This document shows positions 38,201 through 51,032 of a stretch of DNA of 64,000 nucleotides, one piece after another. Origin of the DNA: Patescibacteria group bacterium (GTDB taxonomy: Bacteria > Patescibacteriota > Microgenomatia > Levybacterales > UBA12049); NCBI GenBank assembly GCA_026004395.1, contig BPJB01000001.1, forward strand, positions 649,226 through 713,225, given 5' to 3'. Under the pieces are notes generated by a model. It saw only the letters and a program-made list of their open reading frames with translations. It searched no databases and had not been told where the DNA came from. The position numbers and the translations under genes were made by a program. Position 1 is the first letter of the stretch; each line of letters begins with the position of its first letter.

Positions 38201-39397
38201 ATGCAAAAGGTGATTTTTTTTATTTTATCTTTATCATTGGTTATTTATCAATTTGGAAGGATAAATATCTCTTCGAATATTTCATTTACTATATTGGATG
38301 TTGTAGTTTTTATTATCATCACTAGCTCTTTTTTCCGATTAATCAATCAAAGAAGATTGAATGAGATTTTTTTGAATCCCATTTTCAAACCTTTTGTTGT
38401 TTTTTCTTTTGTTGCCTTTATTTCTCTTATTTTTTCTCCCTTATCACTCAATCAGGAAGAGTTTTTTATTTCATTTTTATACCTTTTGCGCTGGTTGATG
38501 TATAACTTACTCCTCTTTGTTCTCAAACCTGCAAATAGCAATGATCACCAATATCTTGAATTTTTTCTTGTATCAAGTGGATTAGCTCTTGTTGTAACTG
38601 GGTATATCCAGTTCCTCTGGTACCCGGATCTTAGAAATCTTTATTATCTTGGATGGGATGATCATCTCTGGAGAATGTTTGGAACATTTCTAGATCCGAA
38701 TTTTTTTGGAGCATTTTTGGTATTAATAGTTCTTCTATTCTTTGATAAAGTTTTTGATGCGATAAGTAGAACAAAGAAGTTAAGTATTGCTCTCTGGAGT
38801 ATTTGCTTATTTGCCTCAATGATAGCAGTTGTTCTGACATATTCACGAACTGCATTGATTATGTTAAGTTTGGGAACAATAATATATTTTTTCTTAAAGG
38901 GTATGCAAAAATATAGTTTTCTTTTTATCTTTATTGTCGCCTCAGCTATCATCTTTTTTTCCAATATGACTATCGAAGGACAGAATTTATTACGTACTGC
39001 ATCTAGTAAAGCAAGAATTGAGTCTGCTCAACACGCAATTCAAATCGCATCAACATATCCTCTTTTGGGTGTAGGTTTTAATGCTTATCGTTATGCACAG
39101 ATCGATTTTGGCTTTCGTAAAACTTCTCCTCAGATCCCAAATCATGCCGATTCCGGTACTGATAATAGTTATCTTTTTGTTCTTGCAACGACTGGGATTG
39201 TGGGCTTTATTGGTTATGTTTTCTATCTTTACTCAATTATGCGTGAAGTATGGATTCATAAAAATAGGAAGGGTAGAGAAGTGGTAATAGCATCTTTCTT
39301 TGCAGTAGCTGTTGGCACGCTGTTTATCAACTTACTTTTTTATCCTGCAATTATCCTATGGCTGATGATTCTTTTGAATACTACTCAGAGTAAGTAA
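38201..39397 (+). CDS. O-antigen ligase-like (Wzy_C) protein
   Basis: R.FGTFLDPNFFG, LTYSR, PLLGVGFN, DNSYLFVLATTGIVG; likely ATG start 38201. Confidence 0.85.
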   Translation: MQKVIFFILSLSLVIYQFGRINISSNISFTILDVVVFIIITSSFFRLINQRRLNEIFLNPIFKPFVVFSFVAFISLIFSPLSLNQEEFFISFLYLLRWLMYNLLLFVLKPANSNDHQYLEFFLVSSGLALVVTGYIQFLWYPDLRNLYYLGWDDHLWRMFGTFLDPNFFGAFLVLIVLLFFDKVFDAISRTKKLSIALWSICLFASMIAVVLTYSRTALIMLSLGTIIYFFLKGMQKYSFLFIFIVASAIIFFSNMTIEGQNLLRTASSKARIESAQHAIQIASTYPLLGVGFNAYRYAQIDFGFRKTSPQIPNHADSGTDNSYLFVLATTGIVGFIGYVFYLYSIMREVWIHKNRKGREVVIASFFAVAVGTLFINLLFYPAIILWLMILLNTTQSK

Positions 39398-40091
39398 CTT
39401 TTATCTCTTTCTCAGTTGTGTTACCGGCTTTATCAACGGCTTTGACTTTTATATAGTTTTCTCCCCCTTTTAGAAGTAGAGTATAGTGATAGTTGCCATC
39501 ATCATCCACTATTGCCCAGAAATCGTTCACTGTAACTTTTGCACTCTGAGATGTTTTTCCGCTAACTCGTATCGGATTATTTTCTTTCGTGAAGGATTGA
39601 CCATCTGAAGGAAAATAAATACTTAACTCTGGCGGATCGCTTAAATAATGAATCGATATTGAATCGGAGTATCTACTCAGTTTTCCATCTTGAAGAACTG
39701 TTCTTGCTTTAATGGTATTTGCTCCTTTCTCTAACCTGACATTGGTAAAGGTAAATGAGTTATTTGCAGTAATATCAGTCTCTTTAAATTTTTTCCCATT
39801 TACAAACAGCTGAACTTTATCTCCATTAACTGCAGAACCTTTAACAGTAATCTCTGCACTGTTTGTAGCATCTGGGAGAGAATCTAACTGCGGAGGAGGG
39901 ACAAAAACTGCGTTTTGATCATCTGCTGAAGTAGTCTCGCCTTTTTTTTCAACAAGAAGACTAAATTGCACTAAAAGTCTAGTACCAAAGAATGTAAAAA
40001 GAATGAAAATAAGTATTAAACCAAAAGTTACTAGAAAAAAATTACGTCGAGTCTCTTTTTCAAGAGTTTTGTTTAATCGTGATCTATACAT
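39381..40091 (-). CDS. Membrane-anchored protein with two Ig-like domains
   Basis: One TM followed by beta-rich repeats (L..G.N.I; AVDKAGNT). Confidence 0.75.
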   Translation of the reverse strand: MYRSRLNKTLEKETRRNFFLVTFGLILIFILFTFFGTRLLVQFSLLVEKKGETTSADDQNAVFVPPPQLDSLPDATNSAEITVKGSAVNGDKVQLFVNGKKFKETDITANNSFTFTNVRLEKGANTIKARTVLQDGKLSRYSDSISIHYLSDPPELSIYFPSDGQSFTKENNPIRVSGKTSQSAKVTVNDFWAIVDDDGNYHYTLLLKGGENYIKVKAVDKAGNTTEKEIKVTYSE

Positions 40092-40140
40092 ATGATATCT
40101 TTTAGATAGATCTAGTAAAAAAATTTTATATGATCTTTTG

Positions 40141-40213
40141 AGCCAACGGTGGGAATCGAACCCACGACCTCTGCTTTACGAAAGCATTGCTCTACCGACT
40201 GAGCTACGCTGGC
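40141..40213 (-). tRNA. tRNA-Thr (anticodon CGT), CCA not encoded
   Basis: Reverse complement GCCAGCGTAGCTCAGTCGGTAGAGCAATGCTTTCGTAAAGCAGAGGTCGTGGGTTCGATTCCCACCGTTGGCT folds as a cloverleaf; anticodon loop TTCGTAA. Confidence 0.95.
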
Positions 40214-40398
40214 CCAATACTATAGTAATTTCAAATCATTAATCAGTTTAAATTTCTTCTTGAGTTTATATACACTTCCTTAGAAAATCTTGTACTTGAT
40301 AAGCTGACAATAACACCAATAATTGTATGAGATTTCACTCGGAAAGGCAAATAATTAAAAAAATAAAATTGATTTTAAAATTATTGGAATTTAGTTGA

Positions 40399-41598
40399 TT
40401 ATTGGATTTGCGAAATGAGGTTATAAATAGGAGTAATGATGGAGATAATCAAAAAACCTACTCCTATAGCAAGAAGTACCATTATAAAAGGTTCCATAGC
40501 AGTTGTTAGTGTCTTAATTGTTTGTTCCACCTCGCGTTCAAAATACTCTGAAACTCTCAGCAATGACTCATCAAGTTTACCTGTCTGCTCACCAATCTTA
40601 ACCATCTCAACAACAATTGGAGGAAAAAGAGGGTCCGTAAGCATGGCATCTCCTATTGTAACTCCTTTCTCAACCTTTCTTCCAACCTCAAGGATTGCCT
40701 TACGATAATGGTAATTACCAACAACATCAGAACTCTGATTGAGAGATTCAACAACCAGAGATCCTGTTCCCACCAAAAGACCAAATGTTCTAGTGAACTC
40801 AACCATAGCAGATTGAGCAATCAGCTTACCAAAGATAGGCACTTTTAATAAAAATCCATCAATAAGCATCTTGCCAGTTGGGGTTTTGCCCCAGCGACGC
40901 AAATAATACATGCTAATAACACTACCACCTACTATAAATGGCCAAAATTTGATGGTGAAATTAGATAATCCAACAACCACTCTTGTTGCTAGCGGTAACT
41001 CAATATTAAGATTTTCATACAGAACGCTTAGTTGAGGTATCACAAAAATCATCATTACTGCTATCACTGCAATCATCATAATAATCACAATAATTGGATA
41101 AAGAAGTGCCGATTTAATCATACTTTTTAATTTTTGTTGTTTCTCAAGATTATCTGCTAGGCGCAGGAGTACCTTATCGAGAAGACCGGCTGACTCAGCA
41201 GCTTTTACAAGAGACACATAGATAGGAGAGAAGACTTTGGGATACTTAGCAATTGAATCTGAAAATGATTTACCTTCCTGAATTGTAGATATGATCCCTT
41301 GAACAACTTCCTGCATAGCGGGATTTTGTATTTGATTGCGCAAAATATCAAGAGATTGCATCAGAGTGAGGCCTGAGGTGAGCATGGAAGAAAGCTGTCT
41401 CGTAAAAAAAACAATTTCAGACTTGGCAGACTTTCGTCTCAAACTTAGTAAAAATCCTTTTGATGTCTGTTCTTTAATATGTATAGGAATAAAATTCTGA
41501 CTTCGAAGATACGCTGCAGCATCAGGAATATCCTTAGCTTCAATAATCCCATGAACAATTTTCCCCTGTTGATTAACTGCACGATAGAGAAGCTTCAT
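40399..41598 (-). CDS. pilC: Type IV pilus platform protein PilC (GspF family)
   Basis: FTRQLSSML.SG, AAESAGLL, ALLYP, IGEQTGKLD, MEP. Confidence 0.95.
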   Translation of the reverse strand: MKLLYRAVNQQGKIVHGIIEAKDIPDAAAYLRSQNFIPIHIKEQTSKGFLLSLRRKSAKSEIVFFTRQLSSMLTSGLTLMQSLDILRNQIQNPAMQEVVQGIISTIQEGKSFSDSIAKYPKVFSPIYVSLVKAAESAGLLDKVLLRLADNLEKQQKLKSMIKSALLYPIIVIIMMIAVIAVMMIFVIPQLSVLYENLNIELPLATRVVVGLSNFTIKFWPFIVGGSVISMYYLRRWGKTPTGKMLIDGFLLKVPIFGKLIAQSAMVEFTRTFGLLVGTGSLVVESLNQSSDVVGNYHYRKAILEVGRKVEKGVTIGDAMLTDPLFPPIVVEMVKIGEQTGKLDESLLRVSEYFEREVEQTIKTLTTAMEPFIMVLLAIGVGFLIISIITPIYNLISQIQ

Positions 41599-41609
41599 AC
41601 TGCATTAAA

Positions 41610-42683
41610 TTATCCGAGCAATCGAGTAAGCTCTTCGGGATGATTGGCAAAACTGCGTGCAGTCTCAAGAGTGACTTGTCCTTCGCGAACAAGTTGTGCA
41701 AGAGATTCTTCAATAGTTATCATGCCAAGATCTTTTGAAGTTTGGATAATTGAATCTATAAGATGCGTCTTTCCATCTCTGATGTTGCTTGCCACTGCTG
41801 GTGTACCTACTAAAATTTCAACAGCAGGTATTCGTCCTCCAGTAATTTTAGGAAGAAGCCGTTGCGAGATTATACCTTTCAAAGAGGCGGCTAGTTGAAT
41901 TCTAATTTGAGATCGTTGATGATCAGGAAAAGCATCAACAATTCGATCAATACTTTGCGCTGCAGAATTAGTATGCAAGGTAGCAAAAACTAGATGTCCT
42001 GTCTCAGCAATAGTAAGAGCAGCGCTAATGGTCTCTGGATCGCGCATTTCCCCAATAAGGACGACATCCGGATCCTCACGTAAAGCGGAGCGAAGAGCCA
42101 TAGCCCAAGAATGTGTATCTGTTCCCATCTCTCTTTGAGAAATAATACTATTCCCCTGAGGATACACATACTCAATTGGATCCTCAATAGTAATGATATG
42201 ACTGGATTTATTGAGATTTATCTCATTGATCATTGCTGCCAGTGTACTTGATTTTCCATGACCTGTCGGACCTGTTACCAAGACAAATCCTTGACGCAAA
42301 TCAGCAAATGAGTGACAAACTCTAGGAAGTTGCAATTGCTCAATGGTGCGAATACTAGGAGGTAAGAAACGAAAAGCTGCTGCTAAATATCCTCTTTGAA
42401 AGTAAGCATTGATTCTAAAACGTCCCAAATCTCCATAGGGACCATCACCAAAACCAAAAGAAAAGTCAAGTTCTTTATTTGCAAGTAATAACTCTTTTTG
42501 CTCTGGAGTCATAAGAGAATAGACAAGAGATTCAAGTGTTTCTCGAGAAAGAGCATCAAAATGAGTTAAATATCTTAGCGAACCATCTACTCTAATAACT
42601 GGTGGAATACCCACTAGTAAATGTAGATCTGAGGCATTGTTCTTGATTGTAAGTTGTAAAAGCTCTTGTATTGATGGTCCCAT
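41610..42683 (-). CDS. pilT: Pilus retraction ATPase PilT
   Basis: ASDLHL, GPTGHGKSST, ALREDPDV..GEMRD, AETGHLV..TLHT, NIRDGK; likely start MGPSIQ. Confidence 0.95.
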   Translation of the reverse strand: MGPSIQELLQLTIKNNASDLHLLVGIPPVIRVDGSLRYLTHFDALSRETLESLVYSLMTPEQKELLLANKELDFSFGFGDGPYGDLGRFRINAYFQRGYLAAAFRFLPPSIRTIEQLQLPRVCHSFADLRQGFVLVTGPTGHGKSSTLAAMINEINLNKSSHIITIEDPIEYVYPQGNSIISQREMGTDTHSWAMALRSALREDPDVVLIGEMRDPETISAALTIAETGHLVFATLHTNSAAQSIDRIVDAFPDHQRSQIRIQLAASLKGIISQRLLPKITGGRIPAVEILVGTPAVASNIRDGKTHLIDSIIQTSKDLGMITIEESLAQLVREGQVTLETARSFANHPEELTRLLG

Positions 42684-42684
42684 A

Positions 42685-44538
42685 TTATTCCTGTGCAACT
42701 CTCAATACTTCCTCAATCGTTGTTATGCCTTGCAAAGCTTTAAGATATCCATCTTGCATCATAGTAATCATACCTTCTGCAACAGCCTGTTTTTCAACAG
42801 TTGCACTATCTGGATGTTGTAAAATAAGTTGGGCAATTTTTTCTGTAACTGGAAGCACCTCGTAAATACCAATTCTACCTTGATATCCTGAACCTCCGCA
42901 TTCGCTACAACCTTTACCTCTGTAGAGTCTTACTTCTTCATCTTTATATTTATATAGATTACCTAGTACAGATTTTATTTGTGCAAGAATTTGCGGTGTG
43001 GGAACATAGGATTCTTTACAATATTTACAGATACGCCTTGTAATACGCTGACCCACAATAGCATTCATTGTTGATGCAAGAAGAAAAGGCTCAGCACCAA
43101 GATCAATAAGACGCGGCAGCGCTCCTGCTGCACTGGAAGTATGAATTGTTGAAAAAACTAAATGGCCAGTAAGAGAAGCTTGGAGAGCAAGATCTGTAGT
43201 CTCTTTGTCTCTAATTTCCCCAACAAGAATAATATTAGGATCTTGGCGGAGGAAGGCTCTAAGACCTGAGGCAAATGTAAGTCCTACTGCAGGATTGACC
43301 TGCACCTGATTTACTCCAGGAATTTGATACTCAACAGGATCTTCCAAAGACATAATGTTCACCTTTGGAGTATTCAATTTCGATAAAATTGCATAAAGAG
43401 TCGTCGTTTTTCCGCTACCTGTTGGACCACATACGAGAATAATTCCATGTGGTCTTGCAATCGCATTTTCTAAATTCTTTAATGCTGTTCCTCCAAGTCC
43501 CAGATCGGGAAGAGTTGGAATACCACCTGATTTTCTCAAAAGACGCATAACAATTTTCTCTCCATTAACTGTAGGGAGGATGGAGACACGCAGATCTACC
43601 TCTTGATCTCCTGTCTTAAAGTTGAATCGTCCATCCTGCGGCGTCCTATGTTCATCAATTTTAAGATCAGAGAGAATCTTAATTCTAGAGATCAGTGCTT
43701 CTTGGACGTTTTTGGGAAGACTAAGCTTATCATAAAGAATACCATCAATACGATACCTAACTCGCACTCTATCTTCTTGAGGTTCAATATGAACGTCAGA
43801 GGAACGACTAGTAACAGCGTATTCTAATATCGTAGATACTATTTTGGCAATTGGAGCTTCTTTGATAATCTGAGAAATTTGTGTACTGTCTACTGTCTTT
43901 TTTTTACTAAATTCCTCTGACTCTTTTATAGCTGCTCCAACTTCTCCTACTAATTCTTGTCTATACTCCTGATTAATAGCAGCTTGTACTTCTGAGGGAG
44001 CAGCAGCAAATGTTTTAATATTAAGTCCTGTTTTCTTTTTGACAAACTCTATTGCCTCAAGATCAACAGGATTAGCCATTGCTACGTATAGAACCTGAGC
44101 TTTTTCATCATAGAAAAAGGGGATAAGTGAAAAACGCTCCACAACAGCTCGAGGCAAAAAACCTATTGCCTGAGGAGCAAAAGAGGTAGAAGTTAGAGAA
44201 ATATAAGGAACCCCTAAGAGCTTAGCCTTTGCTTCAGCTAGCTTTGCCTCAGGAACAATCCCCATCTCCTCGATGACTTTCTCAACTGGTTTACCCTCCA
44301 GAGCACTTTTTACTTTTATATCACTCGCTTGCTTAAAAGAAAGCGCATTTTCTGCAAGAAGAATATCAAGAAGAGATGAAGAGCTATCATCATTTACAGA
44401 AGAAGACGCAGAGGCAGAGGGTGATGATACATTCTGAGGCGTTGCAACAGAAGACGTCTGCTGAGTGGAAGGTGCAGTTTGTACATTCTGAAGATTAGTT
44501 TGAGTTGATGAATTATTGATCTGGACAGAATCAGACAT
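42685..44538 (-). CDS. pilB: Pilus extension ATPase PilB (GspE family)
   Basis: SDVHIEP, GPTGSGKTTT, LRQDPNII.VGEIRD, CxxC..CxxC; start MSDSV supported by TTGACA..TACTAT 7 nt upstream. Confidence 0.95.
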   Translation of the reverse strand: MSDSVQINNSSTQTNLQNVQTAPSTQQTSSVATPQNVSSPSASASSSVNDDSSSSLLDILLAENALSFKQASDIKVKSALEGKPVEKVIEEMGIVPEAKLAEAKAKLLGVPYISLTSTSFAPQAIGFLPRAVVERFSLIPFFYDEKAQVLYVAMANPVDLEAIEFVKKKTGLNIKTFAAAPSEVQAAINQEYRQELVGEVGAAIKESEEFSKKKTVDSTQISQIIKEAPIAKIVSTILEYAVTSRSSDVHIEPQEDRVRVRYRIDGILYDKLSLPKNVQEALISRIKILSDLKIDEHRTPQDGRFNFKTGDQEVDLRVSILPTVNGEKIVMRLLRKSGGIPTLPDLGLGGTALKNLENAIARPHGIILVCGPTGSGKTTTLYAILSKLNTPKVNIMSLEDPVEYQIPGVNQVQVNPAVGLTFASGLRAFLRQDPNIILVGEIRDKETTDLALQASLTGHLVFSTIHTSSAAGALPRLIDLGAEPFLLASTMNAIVGQRITRRICKYCKESYVPTPQILAQIKSVLGNLYKYKDEEVRLYRGKGCSECGGSGYQGRIGIYEVLPVTEKIAQLILQHPDSATVEKQAVAEGMITMMQDGYLKALQGITTIEEVLRVAQE

Positions 44539-44607
44539 TATTACCATAGTAGTCAACCAGGTAATCCCCTGTCAAGAAAAGTTTTATAAATAGTATAATA
44601 AGAATCA

Positions 44608-45297
44608 ATGAATAGTTTTCTTTATGTCTTAGAGGATGAGGATCTTTTCTCCTCCTCAATATCTGATTTTTGTAAGAATCATAAGATTCAAACTATTGAT
44701 TGCAGAATCTTTAGTTTGTCCTCTTTTCTTAAAGAAGGAAAAAAAGATAAAGCATTATCATTAGGTATTGAAGACATTAAAGCAATTCAACAAGCAGTAT
44801 TTCTTAAACCTATCAAAAGTAAAAATAAAGTAATTGTTATTCAACAGGCAGAACTTCTAACAATACCCGCTCAGAATGCACTTCTTAAATTATTGGAAGA
44901 ACCTCCAGATAATACCTATATTATTCTCACAACAACAAACTCTAATATACTACTGCCAACAATTCATTCTCGTTGTCAAATTGTTAAAATAAAAGCTCAC
45001 AAAAAAGTAACAATAACCAAGTCATCAGAAGCAGTTGATTTTGCAAAAATAACGCAGTTAGAAATACGAGAAGCACTGAAGCATGCGGAAGAATTAGCAA
45101 AGGATAAAGAGCAAACCTTAAATTATTTGAAGAATGCAATTTTATATTTTCGTGAAAGTATGATAAGTCCAAACCAAAGAAAATATTATCTTTGCTCAAC
45201 TGTCAAAAAACTTCAGGAAGCATACACAATCATTCAAACGACCAATACCAATCCAAGAATTGTCTTAGAAGATTTATTTCTCACACTTTCCCAATAA
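44608..45297 (+). CDS. holB: DNA polymerase III delta' subunit-like protein
   Basis: AQNALLKLLEEPP, LLPTIHSRC; shortened N-terminus. Confidence 0.8.
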   Translation: MNSFLYVLEDEDLFSSSISDFCKNHKIQTIDCRIFSLSSFLKEGKKDKALSLGIEDIKAIQQAVFLKPIKSKNKVIVIQQAELLTIPAQNALLKLLEEPPDNTYIILTTTNSNILLPTIHSRCQIVKIKAHKKVTITKSSEAVDFAKITQLEIREALKHAEELAKDKEQTLNYLKNAILYFRESMISPNQRKYYLCSTVKKLQEAYTIIQTTNTNPRIVLEDLFLTLSQ

Positions 45298-45375
45298 GCA
45301 AAATAATAATTGTTGCATTATTCTTACTAAAATTCTCACTTTTTCTTAAACAATAATGATATTGTAGTAAACACT

Positions 45376-45618
45376 ATGCCACTTCTAGAAATAGATAGGA
45401 GAAAAAATATCCCTCAAAATGCTATTTCAAGTAAACAAGAAATAAATCCTTTCTCTTATCCTCCTGTTGGAGGCTTTGAAGATGTTTTATTACGATCTAT
45501 TACCTATAAAGATAATGAAGAAGAAGTATCCTCTATGGATACTATACCCTCTGATCTTCCTGATGCCATCAAACATATCCGAGAGGAGATAAGAAACCGT
45601 TCTCCTACTAGGAAGTAA
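45376..45618 (+). CDS. Hypothetical protein (80 aa)
   Basis: ATG-initiated ORF filling the holB-gyrB gap; no recognised motif. Confidence 0.5.
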   Translation: MPLLEIDRRKNIPQNAISSKQEINPFSYPPVGGFEDVLLRSITYKDNEEEVSSMDTIPSDLPDAIKHIREEIRNRSPTRK

Positions 45619-45739
45619 TCAAAATGGATACTTTGAAAAAATAGTTTTTTTAGCCTTAAATGAATGTGAAAAAGCTGCGCAAAAAATGAATTTTCTGAGG
45701 GTATCAAACGCTTGAAAAAGGAGCAAATTATGAGTATAA

Positions 45740-47707
<1,968 letters not shown>

Positions 47708-47813
47708 CACAGATATGAGAAGATTAGAATCACAAATTAATTGCCAAAATTATCTCAAATGCTAAGTATTTTAACTTTTGTTTTTTATTCTGAACATTGA
47801 AGGAGGTGAATAT

Positions 47814-48329
47814 ATGAACATCAAACAATTATCATCAGGAAAAAATCCAGAAGAAGGACAGATAAATGTTCTTGTTGAGATTCCCAAAGACAGCAGTATC
47901 AAATATGAATTAGACAAAGAATCAGGAATTATTTTAGTTGATCGATTTCTTCATACAGCTATGAAATTCCCCACAAATTATGGATTTGTCCCTAATACCC
48001 AAGCTGATGATGGTGATCCGTTAGATGTCATGGTACTCTCTGAGTATCCTGTAGCTCCTGGTACCATCCTACCATCAGTTGTTATCGGAATGCTTGAGAT
48101 GGAAGATGAAGCAGGAATAGATACCAAAATCTTAGCTGTTCCCACAGAGAAAATTGATCCCTTTTTTGGGGCATACAAAGATATCAACGATATTCCTGAA
48201 GCAATTAAAAATAAATTAAAACATTTTTATGAAAATTACAAATCACTTGAACCTGGAAAATGGGTCAAGTTGAAAGAGTGGAAGAATAAACAGAATGCGC
48301 TTGAAGCTGTTAAAAAAGCTCTGAAATGA
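47814..48329 (+). CDS. ppa: Inorganic pyrophosphatase, family I
   Basis: KYELDK, NYGFVP, DGDPLD, MEDEAG.D.K; SD GGAGGTGA before ATG 47814. Confidence 0.96.
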   Translation: MNIKQLSSGKNPEEGQINVLVEIPKDSSIKYELDKESGIILVDRFLHTAMKFPTNYGFVPNTQADDGDPLDVMVLSEYPVAPGTILPSVVIGMLEMEDEAGIDTKILAVPTEKIDPFFGAYKDINDIPEAIKNKLKHFYENYKSLEPGKWVKLKEWKNKQNALEAVKKALK

Positions 48330-48344
48330 ACGTTTAGACTTTCT

Positions 48345-48371
48345 CTTCTCGTCCTCAAAGAGGATGAGAAG
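48345..48371. terminator. Hairpin between ppa and gyrA
   Basis: CTTCTCGTCCTC-AAA-GAGGATGAGAAG, 12-bp stem with one G-U pair; no + strand U-tract. Confidence 0.5.
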
Positions 48372-48399
48372 AAATAGCCTAAGCGTATTTTTATTGATT

Positions 48400-50952
48400 A
48401 TGAGTAAAAATATAGGCAAACTACAACCAGTTGATATCTCAGATGAGATGAAAAAAGCGTATCTTAATTACGCTATGTCCGTTATTGTCGCCAGAGCGCT
48501 TCCTGATGTGAGAGATGGACTCAAACCAGTCCATAGAAGAATTCTCTATGCAATGCACGAGATGAATCTCACTCATCAAGCAAAGTATGTAAAAAGTGCA
48601 AAAGTAGCAGGTGAAGTAATGGGTAATTATCATCCACATGGGGATGCTCCTATTTACGATGCGATGGTAAGACTTGCACAAGACTTTTCTATGCGCTATC
48701 CACTAATAGATGGGCAGGGAAATTTTGGATCAATTGATGGAGATCCGCCTGCTGCAATGCGTTACACCGAAGTACGAATGACCGCAATAGCATCCGAACT
48801 GCTTGTTGATATTGATAAAGAGACAGTTGATTTTATTCCCACATTTGATGCCACACGATCAGAGCCTGTCTATCTTCCAGCCAAACTTCCCAATCTCTTA
48901 CTCATGGGGTCAGAAGGAATAGCAGTAGGCATGGCAACAAAAATTCCACCTCACAATTTAGGAGAAGTTGTTGATGCAATTCTCTACATGATTGATAAAA
49001 CCAAAATTACCTTATCTGATAATCTATCCCATAAAGAAAACCAAAATAGTCCTGTTATTGTCCAAGGGACAACAGCTGTCCCTCTGGCGTCACCAACAAA
49101 CATTGAACTTGTATCAGAGGTCACTATTGATGAACTGCTCACATTTATAAAAGGTCCTGACTTTCCAACAGCGGGAGCTATTTTTGATATTACAGAAATT
49201 AGAAATGCATACATAACAGGAAGAGGAAAAATTCTCATTAGAGGAAAAGCGGAAATTGAAGAAATCGGACAAGGTAAATCTGCAATTATTATTACTGAAA
49301 TTCCCTATCAGGTTAACAAAGCACTTCTTATCAGTAGAATTGCCGACCTTGCAAAAGAGAAAAAAATTGAAGGGATATCAGATCTTCGCGATGAATCAGA
49401 TAGAAGAGGATTAAGAGTTGTTATCGAATTAAAACGAGACGCAACTCCCAAAAAAGTACTTAACAATCTTTTCAAATACACCGCTTTGCAAACATCATTT
49501 CCAGTAAATATGGTGGCACTAGTCAACGGAACGCCTCAAACACTCAATCTAAAAGTTGTTCTTGAAGAATATCTCAAACATCGTTACATCGTCATACGCA
49601 GAAGATCTGAATTTGAGCTCAAACAAGCAAAAGCCCGACTGCATATACTGGAAGGACTCAAAATTGCAGTTGATAATATAGACGCTGTTATTCAAACGAT
49701 TCGCAACTCCAAAGATCAGGAAGAAGCGAAAAAAAATTTGATGACCAAATTCAAATTATCAGATCTACAAGCAACTGCTATTCTTGATATGCAACTGCGT
49801 CGATTAGCAGCACTTGAGAGACAAAAGATCGAAGAAGAACTCCAGCTAGTTATAAAAATGATTGCCTATTTGACTGATCTTCTTGAAAATCCGGAGAAGA
49901 TACTAATCGTCATCAAAGATGAGCTACAAAAATTAAAAGAAAAATACGCGGATCCCAGACGAACAAAAGTATTTAAAGGTAAAGTAGGGGAGTTCTCAGA
50001 GGAAGATCTCATACCCAACGAACCAACGGTCATTACACTCACACAAACTGGCTATATCAAAAGACAATCAATGAATAGCTTCCATACGCAACAGAGAGGA
50101 GGAAAAGGTATTCGAGGCATGATCACCAAAGAAGAGGATGCTATATCACATATTCGCTCAGCAATGACACACGATAATATACTTTTTTTCACCAATAAAG
50201 GAAAAGTTTATCAACTAAAAGCATACGAGATTGCTGAAAGTAGCCGTGTCAGTAAAGGAACAGCTATAGTTAATCTTCTCAATATCGAACAAGGTGAAAG
50301 AGTAGAGTCATTCGTAATCGTAAAAAAAGATGAAAAAGGGTTTGTTTTTCTTACTACACGCAAAGGTACTGTGAAAAAGACTTCCCTTTCTGAGTTTGAG
50401 AGTATTCGACGCAATGGGATGATTGCCATCAAACTGGAAAACGGAGATGAACTTGTATGGAGTAATATATCAACCGGAGCTGATGATGTCTTGATAGTAA
50501 CTCGTCAAGGAAAAGCCATTAGATTTTCTGAAACCTCCGTACGCCCACTTGGAAGAGCAACAACAGGTGTAAGAGGGATAAAACTTGCACCGGGTGATGA
50601 AGTCATCAGTATGGACGTAATCAACAAAGACGACAACACAGCTGAACTTCTAACAATTATGGCAAATGGACTGGGGAAAAAGACCTTTGTTTCTCAATTT
50701 CCACGACAGGAGCGGGGAGGTCAAGGAGTGAAGGTAGCAAAAGTTACAGAAAAAACAGGTCATGTTGTTGTTTCACAAATTATTCCGAAAGACTGCGAAG
50801 AATTAATAATTACCTCTAAAAAAGGCCAGGTAGTAAAACTCGACATAGCTTCTATTCCAAGACTCCAGCGGGATACGCAAGGAGTTATACTCATGCGTTT
50901 TTCCGACACTAATGATGGAATTGCCGCTGCTACCCCTGTTGAAAAATCCTAA
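48400..50952 (+). CDS. gyrA: DNA gyrase subunit A
   Basis: [23 protein letters not shown] catalytic Tyr, GyrA-box QQRGGKG, CTD repeats; start MSKNIG at 48400. Confidence 0.97.
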   Translation: MSKNIGKLQPVDISDEMKKAYLNYAMSVIVARALPDVRDGLKPVHRRILYAMHEMNLTHQAKYVKSAKVAGEVMGNYHPHGDAPIYDAMVRLAQDFSMRYPLIDGQGNFGSIDGDPPAAMRYTEVRMTAIASELLVDIDKETVDFIPTFDATRSEPVYLPAKLPNLLLMGSEGIAVGMATKIPPHNLGEVVDAILYMIDKTKITLSDNLSHKENQNSPVIVQGTTAVPLASPTNIELVSEVTIDELLTFIKGPDFPTAGAIFDITEIRNAYITGRGKILIRGKAEIEEIGQGKSAIIITEIPYQVNKALLISRIADLAKEKKIEGISDLRDESDRRGLRVVIELKRDATPKKVLNNLFKYTALQTSFPVNMVALVNGTPQTLNLKVVLEEYLKHRYIVIRRRSEFELKQAKARLHILEGLKIAVDNIDAVIQTIRNSKDQEEAKKNLMTKFKLSDLQATAILDMQLRRLAALERQKIEEELQLVIKMIAYLTDLLENPEKILIVIKDELQKLKEKYADPRRTKVFKGKVGEFSEEDLIPNEPTVITLTQTGYIKRQSMNSFHTQQRGGKGIRGMITKEEDAISHIRSAMTHDNILFFTNKGKVYQLKAYEIAESSRVSKGTAIVNLLNIEQGERVESFVIVKKDEKGFVFLTTRKGTVKKTSLSEFESIRRNGMIAIKLENGDELVWSNISTGADDVLIVTRQGKAIRFSETSVRPLGRATTGVRGIKLAPGDEVISMDVINKDDNTAELLTIMANGLGKKTFVSQFPRQERGGQGVKVAKVTEKTGHVVVSQIIPKDCEELIITSKKGQVVKLDIASIPRLQRDTQGVILMRFSDTNDGIAAATPVEKS

Positions 50953-51032
50953 TATAATTTGCTATAAGCCAAGATATATCCTATAATATTTAGGTTATTT
51001 CTTCTCTAAATGAGAACAACTAAACTAAAAAT

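Noticed and set aside
40141-40213. tRNA-Thr as attachment site of the glycosylation region
   Set aside because: No duplicated tRNA 3' end and no adjacent integrase found by eye.
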